Positions 42,895 to 54,904 of a DNA stretch of 64,000 bases are shown here, one piece after another. Under the pieces are notes generated by a model. That model saw only the letters and a program-made list of their open reading frames with translations. It ran no database searches and was not told where the DNA came from. Position numbers and translations under genes: made by a program. This stretch comes from Stegostoma tigrinum (taxonomy: Eukaryota). Location of the stretch: the NCBI RefSeq assembly GCF_030684315.1, contig NC_081362.1, forward strand, positions 97,711,323 to 97,775,322, in the 5' to 3' direction. How positions within the stretch are numbered: position 1 is the first letter of the stretch; every line of letters begins with the position of its first letter.

Positions 42895-43990
42895 AAGGTC
42901 TGAGTGCCCAGTAATCTCAGTGACTGGGAGGGTCTGAGTGCCCAGTAACATCAGGATCTGGGAGGGTCTGAGTGCCCAGTAATCTCAGGGTCTGGGAGGG
43001 TCTGAGTGCCCAGTAATCTCAGTGACTGGGAGGGTCTGAGTGCCCAGTAACATCAGGATCTGGGAGGGTCTGAGTGCCCAGTAATCTCAGGGTCTGGGAG
43101 GGTCTGAGTGCCCAGTAATCTCAGTGTCTGGGAGGGTCTGAGTGCCCAGTAACATCTGGGTTTGGGAGAGTCTGCGTGCCCAGTAATCTCAGGGTCTGGG
43201 AGGGTCTGAGTGCCCAGTAATCTCAGGGTCCGGGCGGGTCTGAGTGCCCAGTAATCTCAGTGACTGGGAGGGTCTGAGTGACCAGTAATCTCAGGGTCTG
43301 GGAGGGTCTGGGTGTCCAGTAATCTCAGGGTCTGGGAGGGTCTGAGTGCCCAGTAATCTCAGGGTCTGGGAGGGTCTGAGTGCCCAGTAATCTCAGAGTC
43401 TGGGAGGGTCTGAGTACCCAGTAACATCAGGGTTTGGGAGGGTCTGACTGCCCAGTAATCTCAGTGACTGGGAGGGTCTGAGTGCCCAGTAATCTCAGGG
43501 TCTGAGTGCCCAGTAATCTCAGGGTCTGGGAGGGTCTGAGTGCCCAGTAACATCAGGGTTTGGGAGGGTCTGAGTGCCCCATAATCTCAGGGACTGGGTG
43601 GGTCTGAGTGCCCAGTAATCTCAGGGTCTGAGTGCCCAGTAATCTCAGGGTCTGGGAGGGTCTGAGTACCCAGTGATCTCAGGGTCTGGGAGGGTCTGAG
43701 TGTCCAGTAATCTCAGGGTCTGGGAGGGTCTGAGTGCCCAGTAATCTCAGGGTTTGGGAGGGTCTGAGTGCCCAGTAATCTCAGAGTCTGGGAGGGTCTG
43801 AGTGTCCAGTAATCTCAGGGTCTGGGAGGGTCTGAGTGTCCAGTAATCTCAGGGTCTGGGATGGTCTGAGTGCCCAGTAATCTCAGAGTCTGGGAGGGTC
43901 TGAGTGTCCAGTAATCTCAGGGTCTGGGAGGGTCTGAGTGTCCAGTAATCTCTGGGTCTGGGATGGTCTGAGTGCCCAGTAATCTCAGGT
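42895..43990. repeat. 34-bp minisatellite (GGGAGGGTCTGAGTGCCCAGTAATCTCAGGGTCT), about 32 copies
   Basis: GGGAG starts at 42926 and 42960 (period 34). A few shortened units are present. Confidence 0.95.
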
Positions 43991-43995
43991 TTAAT
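43990..43995 (-). terminator. Candidate polyadenylation signal ATTAAA of the Ig receptor gene
   Basis: ATTAAA lies on the minus strand about 100 nt after the TAG stop at 44093. Confidence 0.4.
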
Positions 43996-44092
43996 AGGGT
44001 CTCAGTGCACCTCAATGCTGCTCAGAAATAGGGCAGGTTAGCTTTGAGAGAGTCTGTTGCCTGCAGCAACAGCGAAGGATACATCCAGGTGA

Positions 44093-44212
44093 CTATGTGT
44101 GTTTGACAGCTGCATACTCCGAGTTTGTATCACTGACTGTGACCGTGGCCTGCTGGTGCTGAGTGACTTTTCCCATTTGTAGTTCAGCGTAATGCATCTC
44201 TCCGTCATCCTC
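44093..44212 (-). CDS. VJ-Ig receptor, last coding exon: EDDGEMHYAELQMGKVTQHQQATVTVSDTNSEYAAVKHT* (ITIM-like and ITSM/ITIM-like motifs)
   Basis: Acceptor gatgttgcag|GAG, phase 0, 120 nt ending in TAG. It contains the motifs MHYAEL and SEYAAV. Confidence 0.9.
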   Translation of the reverse strand, partial: EDDGEMHYAELQMGKVTQHQQATVTVSDTNSEYAAVKHT

Positions 44213-44269
44213 CTGCAACATCACACAAACATTGGGTCGTCAATCTCACTGGGATATTTCACTTGGGAA

Positions 44270-44560
44270 ATGTGCCAAACTTCATTTTCATAGCATCCGG
44301 ACGGTGTGGAACGAGACCATTCAGCCCACTGACACTGCACTGACCTCAGCAAAGAATCCCACCCTGCCCCATAACTCCCATGGCCAATCCATCCTCACCT
44401 CCACACCTTCGTACTGTGGGAGGAAAGCGGTGCCCCCGGTGGAGACCCGTGCAGAATGGGCAAACTCCACACAGACAGTTGCATGCAGTGGAATCGAACC
44501 CAGATTTCGGGCTGTGAGGCAACAGAGCGAACCACTGAGCCACAGAGCCGCACTGAGCCA
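44270..44560 (-). mobile_element. HE1-like tRNA-derived SINE
   Basis: The minus strand has A box TGGCTCAGTGG, B box GGTTCGATTCC and the CTGTCTGTGTGGAGTTTGC core. Confidence 0.8.
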
Positions 44561-44929
44561 TTTTAAACAGCTATTATTGTGAGTATCCTTCTCAAGAATG
44601 GAATCTTGTTGCAATGACCGAAATACTTCCATCAAGTGAGAATCAGTGAATTACTACTATCTCAGAATGGTTCTTGTGTGTGAGTAATCAGTTTGTTAAT
44701 TATTAAAATAATGATCACTTCATATCCTCATCTTCATTTTTACTGCACATTAATGGTTTCTGTAACTGCAGCTTTGTATTATCAGCTATCTGCACATATC
44801 AAACAGCTAATCGTTCTTCACTGCCATTACTGTCACTCTCACGTTACTGACTGTTTAAAAATAAATGAATTGAATCATTTCTGGAATTTAACCTGTCGCT
44901 GATATCCACATCTTGGTCCAGTCACTTAC

Positions 44930-44973
44930 CACAATAGGAGCCGCAGCTGGTGGATTGTGGGCTGGGGTTAGAC
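44930..44973 (-). CDS. VJ-Ig receptor, cytoplasmic exon: (G)LTPAHNPPAAAPIV
   Basis: ttgtcttttag|GT ... GTG|gtaagt; 44 nt; phase 1 to phase 0, matching both neighbouring exons. Confidence 0.85.
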
Positions 44974-45487
44974 CTAAAAGACAATGCAATGTCCCTCAGA
45001 CACAGATCTCTTTGAGGTTGGAGCACATTAAACAACGCCAGAAACGGAAGATGCAGTCCTTTCAGGTACAGAGCTTCTTGGTGCCGCAGCAACATCAACG
45101 TTCTGTCTGTTGTATCTCTCAGGGCCCAGCAAACCAATGCTCAGACAGTGTGACCAGTTAAAGTGAAATGTGGGAATTTCCTTTCTCTCGATACCTGCTA
45201 CCTTTCACCCTCAGAAACCAGGATGTGCTTTAGGCTCTGAAGATACAAACAAAAAACAACGATAGGCCACTCTACCCTTTGAACCCTCTCCATCATTCAA
45301 TGTGATCACAGCTGATTTTAAATCAGCTCTACATTTCTTCAGATCCCTGTTAATCTTTCAACCCAGGGTCATCAAAACTCTCCCTCCCTCAGTCTTAAAA
45401 ATATTTAAAGATTCTGCATCCGCTGCATTTTGATGAAGTGAATTCCAAAGACTCTGAGAAATAAAACGTTTCAATTAAAACGAGTTC

Positions 45488-45615
45488 CCATGAAGAGTCA
45501 CTGGACCCAAAATGTTAACTCCGTTTTCTTTCTCCACAGATGCTGTCTGACCTGCTGAGTTTCTCCAGCAACTTCTGTTGCTTCTGATTTCAAGCATCCC
45601 CAGTTCTTTGTCATT
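45488..45615 (+). mobile_element. Short interspersed repeat (MER6/V-SINE-like)
   Basis: Contains CTCCACAGATGCTG..TGACCTGCTGAGTTTCTCCAGC. Related sequence occurs at 51345-51430 (-) and 57270-57395. Confidence 0.6.
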
Positions 45616-46468
45616 TATTTAGGTACATTAAAAATTTTTTCACGCTTCCCCATATTGTTTTCCATTTGCCAGGTCTCTGCCCTTTCTCCCCACTGTCCAT
45701 ATCCCTCTGTAATCTCGCTGTATCCTCTTCACAACTCACACTGCCCATATTCCCCTGGTTACTGCCCTCTGACAATCTGACAATCTATCTGCACACTGCA
45801 CATCTCCCCCTGCCCCCTGCCCATCTCCCCCTGTTCCTCACCTCGAGCCATCCGTCTGCCTGGTACCTGCTGTTCTCTGCCCAGTTCACTGCCTCGCTCC
45901 CACACAGGGACTCACTCCCTCAGGGCCCCGTCCCTGCTGACTCAGAACTGGAGTGGACTGGATATTGCATTTAGACACTGACCGTGGGTTTTGTAAAATG
46001 AGCAGCTAAACCCAGTGTGGAAATCTCCTGAAGCATTGGACAGGAAACCCAGACTGTGGAGCTCCCATTTCCCAGTCGGTTCTTTATCTGGGCCTGGGAT
46101 GATCCCAGGAAGAACAGGACTGGGCTGTGCCATTCTTCAAAGAGCCGCACAAGTTTGTGGGAGCAATCGTCAGACAATTGGGAGCGAATGGAGCTTGTCT
46201 CCCACACTGGGGAATCAGTTCCAGCTCTGAGGACTGACGGGCACATGTGGGGGGAGCAGGAAGGTGAAGCCTGCATGGCCCAGGGCCCAGCAATCCAGCA
46301 CCAATAACCAGCATTAGATAGAACACTATTAAACTAATACCGAAACACAACGGCATAATGGAACTGGCCTCCATTAAATAATGGAGTGAACAATGTGTGT
46401 TATTGCAGTCAGTAATTCACATTATTTCTGGCATCTGTTACAGTGAGTCTTCAGGTCCTTTAACTTAC

Positions 46469-46512
46469 CATTGGCTGTTGCATAAACGCTGTCAGTTCCT
46501 TCATTAGTAACT
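46469..46512 (-). CDS. VJ-Ig receptor, cytoplasmic exon: (R)VTNEGTDSVYATAN
   Basis: tgtatcatttag|A ... AATG|gtaagt; 44 nt; phase 2 to phase 1, matching both neighbouring exons. Confidence 0.85.
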
Positions 46513-46769
46513 CTAAATGATACAACATCAGACAAACAGGGATTAATTTATTAGAGAGAGGATAGTAAACTGTACACCCACCCAACGACAGGAACACAGG
46601 CACCCTGCTGCTGGAAGCAAGAACACTCAAGGATCTGAGTAATGTTATATAAACTGCCACCCACACCCTGATGGGTTTATAGTCACTGAGCTCAAGCTCT
46701 GCCCAGTCACATTCTCTCTGTCACTGTCAGAGAACAACAGGTCAGTTGGTAACTATTCTCCAAGCTATA

Positions 46770-48235
46770 CAGTCAGAGAGTCACAGGGTTGTGCAGACAG
46801 AAATAGTCCAATTTGCCTGTGCCAAGCAGATATCTTAGTTTAATCTAGTCTCATTTGCCAGCATTTGGCCCATATCCCTCTAAACCCTTCCTATTCATGT
46901 CCCCATCCAGATGCCTTTTAAATGTTGTAACTGTACCAGCCTCCACCACTTCCTCAAAGCTCGTTCCATACACACATCATCCTCTGTGTGAAAAAGTTAT
47001 CCCTTAGGTCCCTTTTAAATCTGACCCCCTCACCTTAAACCTGTGCCTCTGGTTTTGGACTCCCTTACGTTGGATGAGAGCTTAACTATTCATCCTATCC
47101 ATACCCTTCATGATTTTATAAACCTCATAGCCCAGCCCATTCAGCCTCTCCCTGTAGCTCAAACCCCCTAGACCTGGCAACATGCTTGTAAGTTTCTTCT
47201 GAACCCTTTCACGTTTCACAATATATTTCCTATAGCAGGGAGACCAGCACTGAATGCAGAATTGCAAACATGGCCTAAGCAGTGTCCTGTACAGCCAGTC
47301 TTGTACATGACCTCCCAACTCCTATACTCAATGTACTGACCAACAAAGGCAAGACAGAAGCCCTTTTCACTATCCTGTCTACCTGCAACTCCACTTTCAA
47401 TGAACTATGCATCTGAACCCCAAGGCCTCTTTGTTCAGCAACACTCCCCAAGACCTTATCACGAAGTGTATAAGTCCTGCCCTGGTTTGCCTTTCCAAAA
47501 TGCAGCAGCTTGTATTTATCTAAATTAAACTCAATCTGCCACTCCTCAGCCCACCGTCCCATCTGATCGAGATCCCATTGTACTCTAAGGTAACCTTTTT
47601 TGCTGCCAACTATAATTCCAATTTTGATGTCAGAAGCAAACTTACTAACTATAGCCCTGAGATTCACACACAGTTCTTCCTGGATTCCATGTGATGTAAC
47701 CTTGCTAACCAGGTTACCATGCAGAACCTTGTCAAACACCTTACTAAAGTCCATATAGGCAATGTCCACCCCTCTGCCTTCATCAATGCTCTTCGCTACG
47801 TCTTCAAAAACTCAATTGAATTAGTGAGAGACAATTTCCCACGCACAGAGCCACATTGACTATCCCTTATTTCTCCTTGCCTTTCCAAACACGTGTAAAT
47901 GCTGTCCCTCAAGATTCCTTCCAACAACTTGCCCTCCAATGATGTCTGGCTCACCGGTCTATAGTTTCCCACCTTTTCCTTATGACCTTTCTTAAATAGT
48001 GGTACTCCACGTTAGACACCCTCCAGTTTGCTGACAGCTCATTCATAGCTTTTGATGATACAAATACCTCGGCAATGGGCTCAGCAATCTCTTCTTTTGC
48101 TTCCCACAAAGCTCTGGGATACACCTGATCAGGTGCCAGGGATTTTACTCACCTTTGTGTCTTTTAAGAAATCCAGCATCCCCTCCTCCTCTGTAATATG
48201 GACATTTTTCTAGATGTCGCTATTTATTTCCCCAA
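46770..48235 (-). mobile_element. CR1 LINE RT/3' fragment (intronic)
   Basis: Reads MDIAYMDFSKVFDKV, WAEEWQIEFNLDK and RERVQKKLTSMLPG. Confidence 0.9.
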
Positions 48236-48989
48236 GCTCTTTATTTATTTATTATTCGTTATAGAATATGCCCATCAATGACTGATGCTGTTTCTCTATG
48301 GTTCAACCTGTCTTCTCAGTCCCTTGTAGCCAAACATTTTGCTGGTAATTGTCTCTGTTTAACTTTAAGACAGTTGTCTGAGATGCGTAATTCCCACTTT
48401 CAAATCTCTTGTGAAATGCTATCATATTATGATCACTGTTACCTAAGGACTCCCTTACAGTGAGATCATTAATTTACCTTGTATAATTGAACATCATGAG
48501 GTCTGAGGTCCTTGGTTTGACACTGGAAAGTATCAGTCTAATTATTCCAAACACATCTGATGTCATGTTCTAGGCAATATTTATCAATTTGCTGGTACAC
48601 TCGGAGGTTTATGTGCGATATCCTTTTCTACCACACTTTGGTTATCACCTCTTCACTAGCTTACACTGTTCTCCTCAGTTTTTATTTTTTCCTCTGTGAG
48701 TTGTTCATTCTCACGATTTATTTCAAGACCCACTGAACCATTTACAGTCGCAAACTCTGTTCCCACACATTTTGTTCCAAACTCCATAATGTGTCAGGGC
48801 CAACAATAAAATGAGATAAGGAAAGACACAGAGAGTAGCTTTCGGAGAATCCACCAAGAGTAGACAGACAGAGAAAGAGATAGTATTGAATGGAGACCAA
48901 TAGGGTCAGACAGCATGAGAGAGAAAAACACTGAAGGAAACCAGATAGATAGAAGTTCTATCCACAGCAGAACCACCAGACCCAAGGAT

Positions 48990-50621
48990 CTGGATGTGAT
49001 TTTGCTCGCTGAGCTAGAAGGTTAGTTTTCAGACGTTTTGTCACCAATCTAGGTAACATCATCAGTGAGCCTCCGACGAAGTGCTGGTGTTATGTCCCGC
49101 TTTCTATTTATCTGTTTAGGTTTCCTTGGGTTGGTGATGTCATTTCCTGTTCTTTTTCTCAGGGGATGGTAGATTGGCTCCAAGTCAATGTGTTTGTTGA
49201 TGGAATTCCGGTTGGAATGTCATGCTTCTAGGAATTCTCGTGCGTGTCTCTGTTTGGCTTGTAGATGACGTTCGTTTTATTTGTTGTCTGTATAGGGTCT
49301 TTTAAGTTCATTAGCTGCTGTTTAAGTGTGTTGGTGGGTTTGTGGGCTACTCTGATGCCAAGAGGTCCGAGTAGTCTGGCAGTCATCTCGGAAATGTCTT
49401 TGATGTAGGGGAGAGTGTTTATGGTTTCTGAGCCCATTTTGTCTGTTTGTTTGGGTTTATTGCTGAGAAATCGGCGGTCTGTGTTCATAGGGTACCCATT
49501 CTTTTTGAATACGCTGTATAGGTGATTTTCCTCTGCTCTGCGTAGTTCCTCTGTGCTGAAGTGTGTGGTGGCTCATTGGAATAATGTTCTAATGCAGCTT
49601 CGTTTGTGGGTGTTGGGATGGTTGCTCCTGTAGTTCAGTATTTGGTCCATATGTGTTGTTTTCCTGTAGACGCTGGTTTGAAGTTCCCCATTGGCTGTTC
49701 GCTCTACTGTTCGCTCAAACCAGCGTCTACAGGAAAACAACACATACAGACCAAATACTGAACTACAGGAGCAACCATCCCAACACCCACAAACGAAGCT
49801 GTATCAGAACATTATTTCAAAGAGCCACCACACACTGCAGCACAGAGGAACTACGAACAGCAGAGGAAAATCACCTATACAGCGTATTCAAAAAGAATGG
49901 GTACCCTATGAACACAGTCCGCCGATTTCTCAGCAACAAACCCAAACAAACAGATAAAATGGGCCCAGAAACCATAACCACTCTCCCCTACATCAAAGAC
50001 ATTTCCGAAATGACTGCCAGACTACTCGGACCTCTTGGCATCAGGGTAGCCCACACCCCACCAACACACTAAAACAGCAGTTAATGAACTTAAAAGCCCC
50101 TATACAGACAACAAATAAAATGAACGTCATCTACAAAATACCTTGCAAGAACTGTGACAAACACTACATTGGACAAACTGGCAGAAAGCTAGCCACCAGG
50201 ATACATGAACATCAACTAGCCACAAAACGACATGACCCACTATCACTCGTATCCTTACACACAGATAAGGAAGGACACCACTTTGATTGGGACAACACAT
50301 CCAGCCTAGGACAAGCCAAACAGAGACACGCACGAGAATTCCTAGAAGCATGGCATTCCAACCCGAACTCCATCAACAAACACATTGATTTGGAGCCCAT
50401 CTACCATCCCCTGAGAAAAAGAACAGGAAATGACATCACCAACCCAAGGAAACCTAAACAGATAAATAGAAAGCGGGACATAACACCAGCGCTTCGTCGG
50501 AGGCTCACTGATGATGTTACCTAGAATGGTGACGAAACGTCTGAAAACTAACCTTCCAGCTCAGCGAGCAAACTCACATCCAGAACCTCAACCTGAGCTA
50601 CAAATCTTCTCAAAACTCGCT
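48990..50621. mobile_element. Penelope-like retroelement with inverted arms (minus 48990-~49709, plus ~49712-50621) and a 12-bp TSD
   Basis: RT thumb VYRKTTHTDQILNYRSNHP and GIY-YIG VIYKIPCKNCDKHYIGQTGR. AGACCCAAGGAT occurs at 48978-48989 and 50622-50633. Confidence 0.92.
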
Positions 50622-50651
50622 AGACCCAAGGATATAAGTGATATAATTTAC

Positions 50652-50787
50652 CTGTTTGGTTTTGATGTTGTTGTGAAACATGCCCATCGTTTTACATAGA
50701 GCACAATGATAACAGCAATGACCAGCAACAGAAGGACAGCCAGCACACAGCCCAGAATAATAGGAAACAAATTCAGACTCTCATCCC
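50652..50787 (-). CDS. VJ-Ig receptor, transmembrane exon: (G)DESLNLFPIILGCVLAVLLLLVIAVIIVLYVKRWACFTTTSKPN(R)
   Basis: atattttacag|GG ... AACAG|gtaaat; 136 nt; phase 1 to phase 2. A hydrophobic run of about 23 residues is followed by a KR stop-transfer pair. Confidence 0.92.
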
Positions 50788-50834
50788 CTGTAAAATATTA
50801 GCAAGGTTTACACAGTTTGGTAACACACTGAGTA

Positions 50835-51172
50835 TTCATAGAATGCCTACAGTGTGGAAACAGACCATTCGGCCCAACAAGTCCACACCACCCCTCTGAA
50901 GATCATCCCACCCAGACCCATTCCCCTATATTTCCCCATGTCTAACCCACCTAACCTAAACACCCCTGAACACTGCGGGCAATTTACCTTGGCAAATCCA
51001 CCCAGCCTGCACATCTTTGGACTGTGGGAGGAAACCGGTGCACCCGGAGGAAAGCCACACGGACACACGGAAAATGTGCAATCTCCACACAGACAGTCGC
51101 CCATGGGTGAGATCAAACCTGGGTCCCTGACACTGTGAGGCAGCAGTGCTAACCACTGAGCCACCATACCAC
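50835..51172 (-). mobile_element. HE1-like tRNA-derived SINE, near full length
   Basis: Head GGTGGCTCAGTGGTTAGCACTGCTGCCTCACAG, a B-box-like GGTTTGATCTC and a CR1-like tail. Confidence 0.9.
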
Positions 51173-51179
51173 CCCAAAT

Positions 51180-51780
51180 TCAGAGGAGGCACACCCTGTA
51201 AAATTGAAGCTAAAGCATGACACAATCGGGCAGTATCAGCACAGCTTCATCAAGAGGAGGCCATGCCTGACACACCTGTTAGAATACACTGAGATGGTAA
51301 TGAGTAAGTTAGACAAGGGAAAGCCAGTGGATGTGACTTATTTGGACAAAAAAAGCCCGAACAACTGCAGGTCTGGCAGCATCTGTGAAGAGAAATCAAA
51401 ATTAACATTTCAGGTCCATTGACCCTTCCTCATAACTGATTATACCCGGGAAAAAGTTGATGTATAGAAACTGAATATGGGATTTTGGAGGGATACCCTT
51501 GATGTAGGAATCAATGAGGGGGGGCATCGATTTAAGGGAAAGAGCAGAGGGGGTTAGAGGGAATGTGAGGAAAATCCTTTTCACCCAGAGGGTGGTAGGT
51601 CTCTGGGACTCACTGCTTGTAAGGGGTAGAGGCAGAAACCCTTGTTTTGTTTGAGAAGTATTTAGATGTACCTTTATGATGCCAAGACACACAAGTCTAT
51701 GGGCCAAGTGCTGGACAATGGGATTAGAATAGTTCAGTAGCTGTCTTTGGCAGGCATGATGCAATGGGCCAAACGGATTT
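51180..51780 (+). mobile_element. Old CR1 fragments (RT QHSFIKRRPCLTHLLE and 3' end) with a short embedded repeat
   Basis: The ORF at 51204 and TTTCACCCAGAGGGTGG near 51580. Confidence 0.65.
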
Positions 51781-51911
51781 ATTCCATGTTGTCGATCTCT
51801 GTGACTCTATCACCTTTAATTAAAGATGGCCTCTGTGAGCGGGGTGTGCAATCATTGAATCCAAAGAGTCTAAGGTTTTGGAGTAGATCTGTAACTCGTG
51901 TTATGGGTGTT

Positions 51912-52283
51912 GACAATAGACAATAGACAATAGGTGCTGGAGTAGGCCATTCAGCCCTTCGAGCCAGCCCCACCATTCATTATGATCATGGCTGATCATC
52001 CACAATCAGTATCCTGTTCCTGCCTTATCCCCATAACCCTTGATTCCACTATCTTTAAGAGCTCTATCCATCTCTTTCTTGAAAGTATCCAGCGAGTTGG
52101 CCTCCACTGCCTTCTGGGGCAGAGCATTCCATATATCCACCACCCTCTGGGTGAAGAAGTTTTTCCTCAACTCTGTTCTAAATGGCCTACCCCTTATTTT
52201 TAAACTGTGTCCTCTGGTTCTGGACTCACCCATCAGCGGAAACATCCTTCCTGCCTCCAGAGTGTCCAATCCCTTAATAATCT
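51912..52283 (-). mobile_element. CR1 LINE 3' end
   Basis: Reads ESRTRGHSLKIRGRPFRTELRKNFFTQRVVDIWNALP, with a short repeat tail (GACAATA). Confidence 0.9.
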
Positions 52284-54716
52284 GATGTTGGTTGGCTCGC
52301 CGAGCTGGTTTGTTGTTTCACAGAGGCTTCGTTACCGTGTTTTTAAACTCTGGGGTCCATTGGGATGGATTGCCTCACTTCCGGCTTTCCTTCGTAGTGG
52401 AATGTCGATGGGGTCGAGTTCAATATGTTTATTAATAGCACACTTCGTGGAGTGCCAGGTTTCTAGGAATTCTCTGCCTCACCTGGCCCAGGATTTTGGT
52501 GTTGTCCCAGTCAAAGTGGTGGTTCTCCTTGTCCATGTGGATTGAGATGAGTGAGTATTGGCCGTGTCTTTTTGTGGCTGGTTGGTGTTCACGTTCTCTT
52601 GTTGTTAGTTTCCTTCCTGTTTGTCCGATGTAGTGTTTCTCACAGTCTCTGCAGGGGATCTTGGAGATGACATTGGTCCTGTCCGTGGCGGGGAGTGGGT
52701 CGTTAGTTCGGGTGAGCAGTTGTCGTTGCATTGGCGTGGGCTTGTGTGCCACTCTGATGCCCAGCGATCATAGGAGTCTCGTGGTGAGTTCCGACGTGTT
52801 CCTGATGTAGGGTAGTGTGATGAGTGTGTTGGGGTCTGTCGGATCTTTCTGATGCTGTTCACATAGGCATCTTCTGACCAGGTTCTTTGGATATCCATTA
52901 TCCTTAAACACTTGGAAGAGGTATTCATCTTCCTCTTGGTGTAGTTCCGTGTTGCTGCATTGTGTTGCCCTTTTAAATAGTGTTTGCATGCAGCTTCGTT
53001 TGTGTGTGCTGGGATGGTTACTCTTGAAGTTCAATACCTGGTCTGTGTGTGTGGCTTTTCGGTGTACTTTCATTTGCAGTTCCCCATTTGTCTTTCACTC
53101 TATCATGACGTCCAGGAATGAGAGTTGTTTGTTCTTCTCCTCCTCTGGTAAATTTTATTCCGGTGAGGGTGGCGTTTCTGAGTTTGTGTGTCTCTTCTAA
53201 TTTTGTCTGTTTAATGATGATCAAGGTGTCATCTACATAGTGTATTCATAGTTTAGGTGGGATTTGCAGAATGGCAGTTCTTTCCAGTCTTTGCATCATT
53301 GCTTCTGCTGTGAGTCTGGAGATGGGCAATCCCATGGGTGTCCCATTGATTTGCTCGTATGTTTGGCCATTGAAGGTGGAGTGGGTGGCCAGGCATAGGT
53401 CCAGTAGTTTGAGCATGTTGTCCTTGGAGATGTTATTCCAGGAAGCTACCAATCAAGACTGGACAACTGACATGAACAAGCCGGTAAAAGAGCCAAGAAA
53501 AGACAGGCTCTGCAAGACAAGCTAACCACACTTACCCACAAAAACACCAACAAGAGAACTGACACATGGATAAGGAACCTCTCTGACAGGCGCGGAAAAC
53601 GCCATTCTGACCTGGGGATTGAACTACAGCTACAGGAACGACAACAAAATGGAATTGCTAGCTACACTGGAAGCCACACTCAAGACCAACAATATCAACA
53701 AAGGCACACAACAAACCATAAGACAGACAGTAGTCCCAACACTAACCAGAACGAGAGAAGTCAACACCCTCAACACACGGGAGAGACAAGACCTGGACAG
53801 ATTAAAGAAGGACAAGAACATCACTATACTACCTGCAGACAAAGGGCGCATGACAGTGATAATGAATAAAAAGGGCTTAATCCCCAAAGCACAAGCACTG
53901 CTCACCGACAAGAACATACACCACCCCGCACAGACTGACCCGACACCACAACTAGGAAACAAAATCCTATACTTGCTACAAAATCCAAAACAAACAGGAC
54001 AGAGCAACAAAGCAGACTTGTTAAGAATGAAACCTGAAGGAACCAACACACCCTGATTCTACAGTCTCCCTAAAGTGCACAAACCGGAAATCCCCCTCAG
54101 AACCATAGTCTCCCTACCAGGCACTCCATCGCACAGATTCGCCAGAGAACTACAAAGAAGACTCAAGCGCCCAGTCAACAAATCACCCCACTCCATCCAC
54201 GCAGCCCAAGAATTCCACAACTCCATCAAAGACATAAAGATAGATGACGAGGAGACCATGATATCGTTTGATGTCACCGCCCTATTCACATCAATAGACA
54301 TACCACTAGCAAGGGAAACAGTGACAACATGATTTAAACAAGAACACAACCCCAGTGAAACCATCTCCAAGAAAACAATGCTTAAACTACTGGGCCTATG
54401 TCTGGCCACCCACTTCACCTTCAACGGCCAAACATACGAGCAAATCAATGGGACACCCATGGGATCGCCCATCTCCAGACTCACAGCCGAGGCAGCGATG
54501 CAAAGACTGGAAAGACTTTGAACTCGACCCCATTTACATTCCACTACGAAGGAAACCCGGAAGAGAGGCAATCCATCTCAACGGGCCCCAGAGCTTAAAA
54601 ACCAGGCGGGAAGACACACCGACACTTCATTGGAGGCTGCACTGAGGGTGTTACCCAGCACGGTAACGAAACATCTGCGAAACAAGAAACCAGCTCGGCA
54701 AGCCTACCAACCTCAA
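52284..54716. mobile_element. Second, older Penelope-like element with inverted arms (minus 52284-~53435, plus ~53436-54716)
   Basis: Minus arm: YEQINGTPMG, VHRKATHTDQVLNF, KIPCRDCEKHYIGQTGR. Plus arm: ILPADKGRMTVIM, PKVHKPEIPLRTIVS, MISFDVTALFTSI. The termini are inverted (GTTGG..CGAGCTGG / CCAGCTCGG..CCAAC). Confidence 0.88.
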
Positions 54717-54904
54717 CAGCTTCAGAATCCAAAGAATCTTCCACCTGGTAAATTAGGTTAAAACAGAGACAACCTGATTTGGAAATATATTACTGTTCCT
54801 TCAGAGTCGCTGAGTCAAAATCCTGGAATTCTCTTCCTCAGGGCACTGTGGGTCAACCTACAGCACATGGACTGCAGCGGTTCAAGAGGGCAGCTCACCC
54901 CCAC

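Noticed and set aside
45880-46374. Overlapping ORFs in GC-rich intronic sequence as a possible Ig C domain
   Set aside because: There is no Cys/Trp Ig pattern, it lies downstream of the TM exon, and the flanking exons already join in frame without it.
46460-46666. ORF-track reading ELLMKELTAFMQQPM as a TRIM-like exon
   Set aside because: The splice phases require the other frame (VTNEGTDSVYATAN), and no B30.2 exon was found.
50835-51172. tRNA gene
   Set aside because: The A/B boxes belong to a SINE head followed by the SINE core and a LINE-like tail. There is no complete cloverleaf.
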